Assembly (NCBI RefSeq): GCF_006345805.1
Contig: NC_043018.1
Span: 12,152,001-12,216,000, forward strand
Direction: 5' to 3'
DNA: 64,000 nt
Source of the DNA: Octopus sinensis
Lineage: Eukaryota
In this document: positions 41,221 through 56,200 of the stretch, piece after piece
Layout of the letters: every line of letters starts with the position of its first letter
Numbering within the stretch: position 1 is the stretch's first letter
Notes under the pieces: model-generated
Seen by the model: only the letters and a program-made list of their open reading frames with translations
Told to the model about the DNA's origin: nothing
Database searches by the model: none
Made by a program: the position numbers and the translations under genes

Positions 41221-44200
41221 CTGTGGGAACAGAGGAAAAAGACCAAAAGTCAGAAGCAGATAAATACACATAAATAAAAACAGTTGAAAATCAACATAAT
41301 TAGATATGATTTAAATAATAATATTCCAGCTTATTTAACTTTATCCTTTGTGTGTTTTACACTTTACTCCGTAATTGTCCATTGAAACACTGAGGTAGAA
41401 ATAAAGGTACTGAGTTGCAAACTGGCTTAGACAAAGGATATATACTCTTACTCGTTTCAGTCATTTGACTGTAGCCATGCTGGAGCAACGCCTTTAGTCG
41501 AGCAAATCGACCCCAGGACTTATTCTTTGTAAGCCTCATACTTATTCTATCGGTCTCTTTTGCCGAACTGCTAGGTTAAAGGGACGTAAGCACACCAGCA
41601 TCGGTTGTCAAGCGATGTTGTGGGGGATAAACACATACACATATATATATACATATATACGATGGGCTTCTTTCAGTTTCCGTCTACCAAATCCACTCAC
41701 AAGGCTTTGGTCGGCCCGAGGCTATAGCAGAAGGCACTTGCCCAAGGTGCCACGCAGTGGGACTGAACCCGAAGCCATGTGGTTGGTAAGCAAGCTACTT
41801 ACCACACAGCCACTCCTACGCCTTTATGTAGCAATTGGATTAACTTTTTGGAAGAAAGTTATATCAACAATGAAGCCAGTGATCAGCCTTAGTGCATTAC
41901 TGGTACATGACTCACCTGTCAGTCTCTTTTCCTCCCACTCCAGGAAGAAGAAAAAAAAAAAAAAGGTAAAACGTGATTAATAATAAGATTTGAACTTGAC
42001 TTGCTAGAAATATCAGCAATATCTCTTTCAAATCATACCCTATTAAAAAAAAACACACAGAAGGATATATTAGATAATGTAAACCAAAAGGCACTCTAAC
42101 ATATCCATCAGTCCACCATTCTAGACTAGTATTTTAGTTATCAACACTGGAAGGAGAAAAGGCAAAGCTAACCTCGGAGGGATTTGAAGTCAGAACCAAG
42201 AGAGTCTGATGCTCTTAAACTCTGCCAATTTACTAAACAGAACATGGAGCAGTGAAGGCTGACAGTGAATACTATCGAGCTCAATTCTTGTTTTCCATTC
42301 TATTCCATGAAGTTATCTTCACTGATTCGGAACTGAAAAATATTTGCTGCTATGAGACAACAAAAGGACATAGTCCCTTGACCTACTAAACATAATAGTG
42401 AAATTCTCCTTCCAACCACACCCAATTGTCTTAACAAAAGAAGTGACAGGCAATGTCAGAATGTCTTAGATATACCAAAAGATGGGAATGGCTCCAAGTG
42501 AAATATCTTTAATTACTGGCTTGCTGAATCAGGACAGACCTGGCATTAATGACCTGCAGCCATAGCAGAAGTAGCTTGGAAGAAATTAAATGCACAAATG
42601 TTGATGAAACACACAGAAAAGCAAATATTAACTTTACCTTGACACAGTGCCACAAATTCCGCTAAATTCCTCAGAGCACTTATCACAATATCTGGACTGT
42701 CATCACCAAGACACTGAACTAACACAGGTACATATTGGGAACCGTTCCTGTACAAAAAAAGGGGAGGGAGGGAGAAATAAGTATCAAAGAATATAAAGGT
42801 GTTGTGAGACAGGTAAAATATAAGTGGGGTAATGGAGTGACAGTGATGAAAAATTGTGAAATTTGGGGAGGTAAAAAGGGTCTTAAGTGAGAGGAGAGTG
42901 GGGTTGGATGATAAAAAGGGGTTAAGAAAATGGCAGGGACAATTTCAAGATTGGTAGGGATTTCAGTATTGAGGGATGAGACCTTAGAGAGGTGTATCTT
43001 GTTGTGGAAGAGATTCATGGATAACCTGGTTGAAAAAGAGAAAGTGAGAGATGGTGGTAGTGATGGGACTGAGAACAAAGCCTTGGTGAACTTGTGCACT
43101 AAATTCATCACTGTGTTCATGGTTAACATTTACCTCACAGCTCTCCTCAACGTGGTCTGTACAGCTTTTACAACCCATTCATCTATCCCGAGCTTCTTGT
43201 AACTCTCTGATTCTTAAAATAACTTTCAAAACTCGTAAGTTTAGCAATATTCTCCCCCATTTCATAATCCATGTGTCACCCCTGTGGTCTCTCCACGATT
43301 TCCCCATGTGTCACCCCAGTGGTCTCTCCACGATTACCCCATGTGTCACCCCAGTGGTCTCTCCACGATTACCCCATGTGTTACCCCAGTGATCTCTCCC
43401 TCTCCTTGTTTTATTACTCATGTCTTCTCATACTTGCCATGATTTCTCCAGCGATAAATTCCTCCCGCTCTCTCTCTGCCCCACTAGCGTCTATTTTGGC
43501 CGCTATTTCTCGAAGTGAATCCGGCCTTTTACTTGACCACTTCTGCTTGTTCCACTGCAGAGACACTATTATCCCATGCAAAATGACCAGCTAAGCTAAG
43601 AAAATTTCTCCAGTTTTAATCGCTCTTTCATTCATTTAACTTGTAATACTAAACATGCTGTAATTTGATTTAAAATAACTTCCAAAATTCGTAATTCTTT
43701 AATTTATCAAGATACAGAAATGTTGGCCCTCTCATTTTGGCAATAATTGAGAGAGTGCAGCTGTACTGAAACATAACCAGCAATCAAATGAGTGTGATAA
43801 ACCTGTTAAGAAAGACACTCGTTATTTATGTTAAATAAATGGTGAGAGATAAAGCTGAGGAGAAAGACAGAGAGAAAGAAGAATGGGGGGTGAGGTGGGA
43901 GACTATCAGCCTAGAATAACAAAGATTACTGGCGTCAAAACTGCTAGATTACAGACAATCAGAATGGGATTCGTTTACAATAATGAATACTTACACACAC
44001 ATAAATATACCTGTACAATGCCTATAGTTTGTCCATAAATTGTACAGGTATATTTATGTGTGTGTATATAGCTACACACACACATTTACTTGTGTTTGTG
44101 CACCTGATGGCATGTAAACAGCACACCTGGAACCTTCCCTCCATCAGATCTGTAGCTCACAGTGGATTGTGAAACTACATGCTGGCATGCATGAGTATAG

Positions 44201-47200
44201 AATTTCATGCACATGTATGCTCATGTAGATTTGTTCATAAGCATGTTTGCATGGCTCAATGGTTAAAGTGTTGAGTTCACAATCATGAGGTTGTGAGTTC
44301 AAATCCTGGACTGGGCTGTGTGTTGTGTTCTTGAGCAAGACACTTTATTTCATGTTGCTCCAGTTCACTCAACCTGTAGAAATGAGTTGCAGCCCATTGG
44401 TGCCAAGCTGCACCATTCTTTTGCCTTTCCCCTGCATGGACGACTGCTGGTCTTCCATAAACAAACCTGCCCAGGCTTGTGCATCAGAGGGTAACTTTTC
44501 AAGGTGCAATCCCATGGTCATTCATGATTGAAGGCGATCTTTACCCTTTATACATGTGTGTATAAAATACTCAACATCATAGACATCTAAAGTAAATGGT
44601 GGGGTATCAGTGGTACCCTGGAGTATTCTCTGGGCCCTGGGTTTTCAGTTTGTAAGTTGTTATGGAAATAGTTTTGTGACATCTATTTTTACTCGAAAGC
44701 AAGAACCAGAAGTCTGCATGTTGATCTTTTTAATGGCATTGATTCTCCAGCTTCCAGTGCGACCTGTCTGCAAGTCAACCACAAATACCTACTTTGGCAA
44801 CCCCAAACGAAGGGTGTGACCTATCCACGAGTATATACAGTTATGTGTGTGTGTGTGTAATTATAATATACCCATATGACTGCTCTTGGGTGGTTCAAAA
44901 AGTGATTAAGATGCTGATTTGGATTATGAAAAGGGTTGAAAAGAATTGTGCTTTGATCTAACACATAGGCAGTTAACTACTTTATGGTTGTCATAAAATG
45001 TAATAGACAAACATTTTTTAAATGCTTCATAAGTTTCCACTCGGTCCCATTAAAGCTAGTATTATTAGAATTATGTATAATGAGAAAAGCATTGTCCCTA
45101 TAAAGACTGCCTTCTAGCTTCTAAAAATCACCCTTAATATCATATCATATTATATATATATATACACATCCCTATACAATCTGTAACTTGTGCAGAGTTG
45201 TTAGAGTTCATGGTGATATCAAAACAATTCTGCCTACTCTTTCTAATCCAAAACTTATTAAATTTAACAATAGTTCTCATAGCTGCTAAAATAATATCTA
45301 TGTCTTTTAAGGTTAAATCAGAATTCTTCAAGACATGCATCTTAGCCTCCCTCTCATCCATCCTGTCTTTTTACCCTTGTCTACTGTATCATTATTACTA
45401 TTATTATTATGTTGCTCTTCCCCACCCAACTCTCATTTCTGCACTGTCAGTAATCCCTCCTCTACTTCCTCTAACCTCTGGGTTCTCAACCATTTTTTTT
45501 TTATCTCTGGATCCCCTTTGATTACTATGTTATTCAGATGCCCCCCCCCCCTTTAAGTCCAAAATCTTAGGACAGCACACTGGACTGACATAAAGTCTTG
45601 CTCTTAGTCACAATTTGAAAGAGAGAGAGAGAAATTAACCCTTTCGTTACCAACCCGGCTGAAACCGGCTCTGTAGTACAAATGCCTTGTTTTCATAAGT
45701 TTTGAATTAAAATCTTCCACCAAACGTTAGTCATAATTTATGTTCCTAACACTAGATGAATGATAACTAAGTTATTTCATGAAATTCTTTGTTATATTTA
45801 ATGTAATTGTAAGAAACACAGAACCCCTCAAAATAAATTCAGTAACGAAAGGGTTAAGAAACTAGAATCTTTTTCTTACGAAGGGTTCTGACGGATACTT
45901 CTCATCACCATGGTATAGGCATAACTGCGACACTCATCATTTAGGTCAGCCATCAGTCTCTTCAAATCAGCCTGGTAAAGAGAACAATCAAATTTTCATC
46001 ATAATAATAATAATTCTTTCTATGATAGGCAGAAGGCTTGAAACTTTTTGGGGAGGGGACCAGTCAATTACATCAACCCCAGTGCATAACTGGTACTTAA
46101 TTTATGGAACCCTGAAAGGATGAAAAGCAAAGCTGATCCAGGCAGCATTTGAACTTAGAATGTGAAGTGGCTAAACACAGAGAGGACAAACAAGGACAGA
46201 AAAATGGATTAAGTCGATTACATCGACCCCAGTGCGTAACTGGTACTTATTTAATCGACCCTGAAAGGACAATAGGCAAAGTCGACCTCGGCGGAATTTG
46301 AACTCAGAACGCTAAGCATTTCACCCGGCATGCTTATAGTTTCAAATTTTGTCACAAGGCAGCAATTTTGGGGGAGGGGATGAGTCAATTCCACTGACCC
46401 CAGTACGCAACTGGTATATATTTTATTGATCCTGAAAGGATGAAAGGCAAAGTTTGACCTCAGTGGAATTTGAACTCAGAACGGAGTGATGAGTGAAATA
46501 CAGCTCAGCATTTTGTCCAACGTGCTAACCATCCCGCCATCTGAATCCTCATTATTTAACATGTTTTCCATGCTGGCATGGGTTAGAGGGTTTGGCTGAG
46601 GATTGGTAAGCTGGGGTGCTGCAGCACCAGATTCCAATCTGATTTGGCAAGGTTTCTACAGCTGGATGCTCATCCTAGTGCCAACCAGTCTGAGTGTGTA
46701 GTGTGTGGTCTTTATGTGCCACTGACTTGACACCAGCATCAGCCACAACTATAGTCTCACTTTGCACGACAGGTATACACAAACATGGTGTATCACCAAA
46801 AGTCTCAATCACCTGTCACTGCCTCCATGAGGCCCAATGCTTGAATGGTGGTTTTTACATACCACCAACACAGGGGCCAGGCAGACCACTTGCATCAGCC
46901 ACAATTATGATTTCACTTGGTTTAACAGGTTTTCACAAGCACAGCATATCGCCCTACGTTTGAAGGGTGCTTTTTTTGTGCCAGTTACGCGACGCTGGCA
47001 TCAGCCACAACCACGATCTCACTTGGCTTCACAGGTCTTCTCAAGCATGGCATATCGCTAAAGGTCTTGGTTGCTTGTCATTGCCTCCACGAGGCCCAAG
47101 ATTCGAAGATCATGCTTCACTACCTCGTCCCATGTCTTCTTGGGTCTACCTCTTCCACAGGCTCCCTCCACCATCAGAGTGCAATACATCTTCATACAGT

Positions 47201-50200
47201 TATCCTTGTCCAGGCACATCACACGACCATTCCAATCCAGTTGTCTCTCTTGCTCACCACATCTGATGCCTCTTCTGCCCAACTTTTCTCTCAGGATCCT
47301 TACACTCTGTCGTGCATGCACACTGACATTGCACATCCAGCGAAGCATACTGGCTTCATTCCTTGCAAGCTTACACTTGTTCTCAGCAGCCACAGCCCAT
47401 GTTTCACTGCCATGTAGCATGGCTGTTCACACACATGCAGCATACTGTCTGCCTGTCACTCTCAGTGAGAGGCAGGAGCTCTCTGAACTTTGCCCAGCCT
47501 ATTCTTATTCAAGCAGCTACATCCACCCCTGCTACTGACTTGGTCACCTGACCATCCACCCCTGCTACTGACTTGGTCACCTGACCATTCACCCCTGCTA
47601 CTGATTTGGTCACCTAGATGATGGAAGCTATTGATTACTAGTTTTGCCCCTGGCATGAGATGGAATCAAACTGTCCAACCCATGCCAGCATAGGAAACGG
47701 ACGTTAGACAACGATGATGATGATGATGATGAATAAGTTGGGTTGGGTTGAATGTGAATCCATCCTCTTCATTGGGAGAAATATTTGATTTGAAATTTAC
47801 CAAAAAATTAGCAGAAGAATATCGAAAGGAATAATTTCCAACAGTGAGGGGTGCAGTCGATGTCTGGCTGCATTTTGTGTTGATATAGTAAGTCATCATC
47901 ATCGTTTAATATCTGCTTTCCATGCTGGCATGGGTTGGACAGATTCACAGAAGCTGACCAGCTGAAGGATTGGTCAGGCTCCATGTCTGTTTTGGCAGGG
48001 TTTCTATGGCTGGACGCCCTTCCTAATGCCAAAATATGTATGAGAATATATTTTACACTTACTATTATACGTAGTCTGTATTTGACTGTGAGCAATTATA
48101 ACATGGAATTCCTGTGTGAATATATTTGACAAAACTAATTCCATCTCCAAACATCCAATCCATGCAAATATGGATTTGAAATGGATTTAAAAGAAGATGA
48201 TACGGATGCTGTTTCAATATATTTCACATCATTAACTGTTATATCTGTAGCAATAATAAATAAATGATAAATGAATGTGGCCGTTGCCAGTACCACCAAA
48301 CTGACCCTCATGCCGGTGGCACGTAAAAAGCACCCACTACACTCTCGGAGTGGTTGGCGTTAGGAAGGGCATCCAGCTGTAGAAACCCTGCCAGACCAGA
48401 TTGGAGTCTGGTTCGCCAGACCTCAGTCAAATCGTCCAACCCATGCTAGCATGGAAAGCGGACATTAAATGATGATGATGATGAATAAAAATATAAAAGC
48501 AATAAGGAAATGAAATTAGAATAATGTTCTGTTACCTGGAAATTGTCCAAGATGTTAACTTTTCTCTTCGACGCTTCATCTAAATCTTGAAGAACTCCTA
48601 AAATTTCTGTAGAAAAAAATTTAATAATTCAATGAATGGCCAAAACAGGCAGAACTTTAATTATTTGATATTATCAGCAATTAATTTGCAAATAAAGGGT
48701 TCAATATGTAAAAACTACAGTCAATGATATGTTATCAACAACGAAAATCGTTTTACTACCCACAAATTCATAATCAGAGTTTTACATTCAATCCTGGTAT
48801 TTGGCATATTGAGAAAGTGTTTTCTACTAAAGACCTGAGCAAAATTTGGTAGAAACTTGTGTGTGTGTATGTATGAGAGGGAGAAAGAGAGAGAACTGCA
48901 TTCCAGAAGTTTCGAGACAGGAGAGACAGTTATAATTGTCTGCGATTATTGTAATTTTAGTACATCGTTATTATATATTTAATAAGCTAACCTGCCAACT
49001 TTTGTTATTCTAGATTGAAGGAGATGACTGTAACAGCTCTTTGAAGACACTGCTTGTTACAGCTAACTTGTTTGGGGGAGGAAGTGAGAGATGACGAAAA
49101 CCTCGGGAGGGAAAGGACATTCGGAAGAACACAGAACTCGTTTAGAAAATTCACAATTTTCTGGGTGAAGACTACACTGAATCCCTCACCCTACTGACAG
49201 CATCTCTCCCTGTACATGGTTTGTGTCCTTAGTTTCTGCAATGACCACCAAAGAAGAGAGGGGGAGGGGGTGTTTGCCGAAGGCTTGTTCCATGTCAACA
49301 AAAGACAAGGGGATTTTCTTTGGCTAGACTTCTCCTGCAGCTGCCTTACCAGAAATACAGCATTGGTGGTGCTTCTCCCTGGCACAAAACCAAACAGCAT
49401 TTCATCTACACTAACTCTCTTCCTGACTAGTTGGGCTACGATCCTCTCTCTAACGTTCAGCACCTGGTCCAACAATTTGATACCTCTATAATTATGGCTT
49501 TATCTACCAAATTGATAGCAATTAAAACAGGTCATGAAACAAAAGATAATTTATGAAAAATGCTGAACATCTGCCAAACATGAAACAAAATTGTTCATGC
49601 ATGATGGATACTTAAGGAAGAGAGAGATGAATCAGAAATGTTCCATAAAATCCCTCTCTGTGTAAAGGAGATGATGCTGATAACAATGATTGTTTCTCAT
49701 TTAAAGGATTGGGGCCAGATCTGTTATATCCTGGAAGGATAAATGGCGAAGTTGACTGGCAGGATTTGAACTCAGAACATGTACTAGAAGAAATATAAAA
49801 ACAGCAGTTTGTCCAATGTTCTAATGATTCAGCCAAAAAGGTGGGATTTCATTTGATAAATAAAAAATCTCGAGTTTGGTTGTTGACCTGGCAAGATGGG
49901 AGAATGTTGGTCTCTTAATGGCAGGAATTGCAACTGACAGAGGTAAAATTTTGTTGTTAGAAAGGTAAAAGGGAGTGGGGTCATTAAGAGGGTTAACATT
50001 TATTTAGCGAGGAGTCCAATGCCAGAGGATAATTTTAAGGTTAGAAAGGTAAAAGGGTGATTACCAGCTTTGGGAGAGTCTTTGGAAAGTCTGGCAAAGA
50101 ACGGTGCCAACTGATTGAAGCTCCACAGGGAGTTTGTTTGCATATTCACAAGAGGTGGTGTGACTGAAGTTTCAGTCTCATCAGCCTCTCCAGTACCCTT

Positions 50201-53200
50201 GGTCAGTTGTCGAGGCAGAGAAAGTCCGGCCAAGAGAGACTTCAGGACAGATAAGTCTGGATAATAGTTTGACACAACACTGAAAACAAAACAGAATAAA
50301 AATTTATATAAGGGAAAAAAAGCATAAAATATCAGAAATCAATTTAAATTCCTCTTCCTTGATTTTCCTTAATTGATATTAATGATTTTTCTTCTCATTA
50401 CACAGAATCTCAATTGATTAAAAGTTCTTTGTCAACTTTACTATATCTATGTTCTTCATACAGAAGACATCTCTTGGACGTTTTCCCAATTTCCAATGAT
50501 TATTCCTGCTACTACATAGTCATCATCATCATCATCATCATTATTATTATTATTTATATGAAAGATTTTGTTTTCCCTGTTAGCAAACCACTGAGCAATG
50601 CACTTTCACTGTCAAGTTAGTGAAGGTTTGACAGGAGCTGCACCAGGCTCCAGCCATCTGTTTTGGCAAGGTTACTAGGGTTAGATGCTCTCCTTAATGC
50701 CAACTGCTTTACAGGAGCATACCAGGGGCTTTTTACATGATTATGACATTCTCTTGCAATTGTATGGTTTAAGGTTACACCTTGCTCTATGGTACCTTGG
50801 CCAGGTATCTTCTACTATAGCCCGAGGCTGACCAATATCATGTGAGTAACACTTAATACATGGAAACTGTACATAAGAGTTTGGAAAGAAAAAAAAAGGA
50901 AGGGGAGGGGGGCACATGGAAATCTTTCTATCATGATTGACCTTACCCTAAAAAAACAGTTATTAAGTCTTCAGTAATGTTATTACAACCTGAGGTTCCT
51001 TGAGAACTTATTGTAGACAACTATTGATTATTCATTGCTATTTCATCTACTAGTGCACAATATACGCAATGTTGTATGAGCCTTAATTGAGAAGCATATC
51101 AAAGACCTTCTAACTATGATCACCCAACTGCATTCTTAAGACAAAATATATTTAGAACTATATTATCGAAGTTTTTTAAATTTTTTCTTAAGATGATAGG
51201 TAGGGATGTGGAGGGAGATTTGGCTACTATTTTTAAAAGGTTGAATAACTTCATGGAGGCCCCCTCATTAGCTTGTTGTGTGTATAATTGCTTTACTCCA
51301 GGTCAGACCTATGCTTCAAGACATTTCAGAGCTAGATTTGTATTTTAAAACAGTAGTGGGACTTGAAAAAGATTTAACTGTTATTGGTCAAGCAATCATT
51401 TGAGAGTCCCTTCTTGGTTTAATATGTGAGACATTACACGATCCTGCACTGGTGACACAACAGAAACACATCTCCAAACATCAACAATGAAACAGGTATT
51501 AGTACTCAAGCACAAAAGGGTGCCTCTACAGGGTCACCTTGAAAATAATAGCAGCCAAATCTTACTCATGCAACACCATACTGTCTTAAAAAAAATATAG
51601 ATTGAATAATGTATTCATAAATACAATATGCCTGAAAAAGAAGTGGAACATTTTTGATCATAGTTCTAATAGAACTAAATAACGACAACCACATCTTTTA
51701 TGAATGTGCCAACGATATGCCTCTATTTCCATCAAATCACACAAAAAAATGAAGAACACATTAGATAACGTAATTCTAGGAATCTCTAAAAGATTAAAAA
51801 CTGGTCAGCAGACAGTCTTGGTTGGAGATCTACTCAACCAGGACTGACCAGCGGCCAAACGACCATCAATAAATTAATAAATTTGTTACTTATCTGGATC
51901 TTGATTATTTTCAAATTGGATTGCTAGATACGGACAATGTATTTTGTTAGTAAACTATGGCTAAACGAAACCGATACAGACGCGTAAGGTGAATACTGAC
52001 CTGAGAAGTTCAATATATTTCTGCAGAATATGAACAGCTCTGTTTGGTTCATGAAGCACAAATCTTTGTAGAAACTGGATGAACTTGACAATAATAGAAG
52101 ATAAATTCTTGTACTCTTGGCCATGGTTCTATAAATATAATAAAATAGAATGAGATGAAGAATGCAGTGTATTTCAAATAAGTTAGACATTTTTGGAAGG
52201 TAGTGGCAAGAGTTCTGGTGTTCTTTGCTATGGTTCTCTGGATATGACCAGGTTAAATATCCATCTTCTGCATCATGCCACTCTATCACACTGATACTGG
52301 TGAAAGAATAAACTGTGCATGTGTGTGTGTATCTTATTCTATCCTCATTGTCATTTAATGCCTACTTTCCATGCTGATGTGGGGGGTGGAGGTTCAGCAG
52401 GATCTGACTCTCCAGAGGATGGCATTGAGCCCAATATCTGCTTTGACTAGGTTACTTTGGTTGGATGCCCTTCCTAATGCTTACATCTTTACAAAAATGT
52501 ACTGGGTGCTTTTTACATCTTCCATCCCTCTGGAGTTGATAAAATAAAGTACTAATTAAGTTCTAGGATGATGGTATACACACACACACACACACAGACA
52601 CGACCATAAAATCCTCATGGTTTCAGCTCACCTTGATGAGAGAGAAATAGGCTTCCAAGACGTCATCCAGTGCCGTGTGCTCCTTACGGAATATGTGTGG
52701 CTCAAGAAACTCCAACAAACCAAGGACGTATGAGAAGAGAAGCAGATAATTACGACTTCTCATTTCTCCAATCGTGAAATGAGTTTTCCCCTGAAGGAGT
52801 GCAGCAATGAGGGGCAGTTGCCTGGAAAAAGGAACAAAAACATGTGTTACAGACAAGGAAGATGGGATACAAGAAGGAAAAAGACCAAACAACCAATAAG
52901 CAAAGAAGAAAGAAGATAATATTCAAACAATCTTTAGGTCAATCTTGACCAAGCTGACATTTGAACCGACATTCCAGCTGTCCCCCCAATTCTGTTTTTT
53001 TGTTTTTTCTCTGTGTGTTATTAAGGATACATTAACCAATGTGTACTTACTTTTATTGTTTTAGTTATTTAAAACCCAATTTTGTCTATGTCTAGACCAG
53101 ATAGAACTATAATTAAAATATTTTACTAATGACCATCCAATCTATTGGGTTGTCTGGAAAGTTCGTGCCGATTTTTAAAGGAAAGAAAAAGGTCAATAAA

Positions 53201-56200
53201 CTTGCCATTACATTTTTAATCAACCAAATATGAACCATTTTGTTGCACAATGTGTCTCCATCTTTCCTTTAACTTGAAAATACCCTCTTCCCAGAACTGA
53301 GGTGCCTGGGAGGGTAAGTCGAAAGGTAAGCTACTATAAATCGGCACAAACTTTCTGGACAACTTAATATATATTCATCAGACAAGGTATTTAAGACATC
53401 ACATAATGTGAGGAGCTCTCATTACACAGTAGTATGCTATGATTTTAGAGAGATTTGCCTGCTATTGCTAGCAAGTATAAGAAACACAGCATAAAGATCC
53501 ATTCAGTTGCTCTAAGAGTCAATGTCTAAAATTGGTAACATTAGAAATAAAAAGAAATTTATTGTCTGTATTAAGTTAACCTGTTCATAACGAAAGTCAC
53601 TGTGTTTCATTTAGAATTTTTTAACAATCAAATAATTAAATGTAAGCAAGGACGATTGTGTAGACTAAAAGTAGAAACACCTTTGCTGAGATAATTGTTT
53701 CAGAAATGAAATTTTCTCATTGTCCATAAGGAGAATTTATTTTCAAAATAAATTATCGCAGCAGAGAGGAACGAGTTAAATATAAAAGTACATAGCTTTA
53801 TCTTTCATTTAATTTTTAGTAAAATAACTTATTCATTATTAAACAGCCGTTTGGGACATAACTTTAACAGAAGTTAAATCTCTGGCAAACAAGTTTAATT
53901 TTGAATATAAATACTTGAAATAGAAATTAATGTGAATTTTGTATCTAGGAACCAAAGATGGTCTCAGCAGTCAAAAATAAAAACAAAAAAGTAGAACTAT
54001 ACTTTCAGTGCATAGTGTCACCTTTAGTGTCACCTTCAGTGGATATAAGAGCAACACAATAAACCCACCTGAGAATAAGAAGAGGGTGTTCAGCAGCTAA
54101 TTTCCTGCTAGCATTGTTAGCATCGTACATTCTGTTTTCAGCTGCTTTACCTGGTAAAGCATTTCCAAGGGCCGAGAGCAGGCGATGAGAGATGTGGTCC
54201 AGCTGGGGAGAGAGAGAAGAAAATAACAACAAAAATAATAGTAATAATGGTTTCTGACAAAAGCAGAAGGCCTGAAATTTGGAGGCGGGGGGGGGGGGAT
54301 TGTCAATATTATTGACCCCAGTACTTGACTGGTACTTCATTTCATCAATCCTGAAGGATGAAAGTTGACCTTGGCAGAATTTGAATTCAAAAGAAAAGGG
54401 CCGTAGAACAGATTCTGTGAAGCATTTTGCCTGATGCCGCAAAAATTCTGACAATCCATTACTACTACTAGCCACTGGCATCGGTCACGTTTGGATGGTG
54501 CTTTTTATGTGCCACCGGCACGGGAACCAGTCAGGGGGCACTGGCCACACATACGATTTTGGTTTTACTTGACTAAACAGGTCTTCTCAAGCATATCATA
54601 TCACCCAATGCATCAAGGGTACTCTTAAATGGGCTGGACATGCAACACTCCTCGCATCAGTTTCCAGGTCTTCTCAATCACAGCATAACTCCAAAGGTCT
54701 CGGTCTCCTGTCATTGCCTCTGTGAAGCCCAGTGTTTGAAGGTCATGCTTCACCACCTCATCCCATGTCTTCCTGGGTCTTCCACAGGGTGTGGCACTTT
54801 CTCACACAGCTGTCCTCACCCATATGCAACACATGACCATACCGGCACAGTCGTCTCTCTTGCACACCACATCTGATGCTTCTTATGTCCAACATTTCTC
54901 TCAGGGTGCTCACATTCTGTCATGTTTGCACACTGACATTACATATCCAGCGGATCATACTAGCTTCATTTCTTTCAAGCCTACACATGTCCTCAGCAGT
55001 CATGGTTCATGTTTCACTGCCATGTAGCATGGTGGTTGTGGTGGTGGGGAGCTCATCATTTTATTGAAACTTGAGCAAATTTCAACTTGGGTGCTCCCAA
55101 GCCATCAGCCCTTTATCCAGACTGCTTCTTTTTATTTTTTTACATATATAGACTAGAGTCTAGGTATTTTGGAGGAGAGTGTGATAGGTCAGACAAGTGT
55201 GTTGCTGGAAGTTTCAAGCTAGAGTCTCACATGTGGATGGCAGAGCGGATGATGGCTGTGTCTTTGTAGAATCTGAAGGCACCTGCAAGATTGGTGTCCT
55301 TTTTTGTGTGGCAAGCAATCCACAACTTTTCTGATACTGGAGGTGGAGTGAGAAAAGGAACCCTAAAAAAACATGTTGTCTTCAATAAGCTTGGCATTAC
55401 CTGCAGATGTATAGCCACCTAGTTTATTGCAGTCGGTAAAGATAAGAAGAAGAATAAAGGAAACCTAAATCTTTGGTTGTTAGAATGTAAGAACTTTACA
55501 AGACAGCAAAGACAGTCTAGAACGAAAAACAACATCAATCGTAAAGGTAATCAGTTCAAATAATATTGATATTGCTACTCTAAGAGATACTACGCTTGCA
55601 GATTGTGGTGAGTCAGAAGTTGAGAAACGGTTATAGTATTTTAGAGGGTGAAAAACTGGCAGAAGAGCAAAGAAGTTATGGTGTTGGATTTGCTATTAAA
55701 TCGACTTCAGACACTCATTGGTAATTCCTTGTTTATGCACATTACCAGTGCATATGCAGCTACTTTGCCAGCATCTGAGCAAGGACGTAACATTTTCTAC
55801 TCTAATAAAGTTGACCATAGCAGGATTTGAACTTGGAACATAAAAGGAATTATGAAATGATGACTGCTGGTTTGCCAGCTATTCCCACAACTCCATGTCA
55901 GAATTGATGTTGATATGACTGTGACATGCCGTGAGTTTTTAGGTTTCATCTTCCCAAAATATCATCTTATAAAAAGCTTACTTGTAATCAGATACTTAAA
56001 ACTAAAATACACATACACATGTATAAAAAAGAATATAAAAAAAAAATTAAGTTTTCAACATCAGACTAAAAAGTTTGATGATGATAACGAGAAGCAGCAG
56101 CAAGGATGAAGAGGATGATCAGACTTAATGGCAAACCCATCTTTCATCTCTGCCACCTGCTGTTCTGCATCTTGGACTCAGAATGTCTACTCCCATCTTA

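Noticed and set aside
42930-43202. 90-aa + strand ORF in an INTS1 intron
   Set aside because: Purine-rich low-complexity sequence without recognisable motifs; probably decayed repeat
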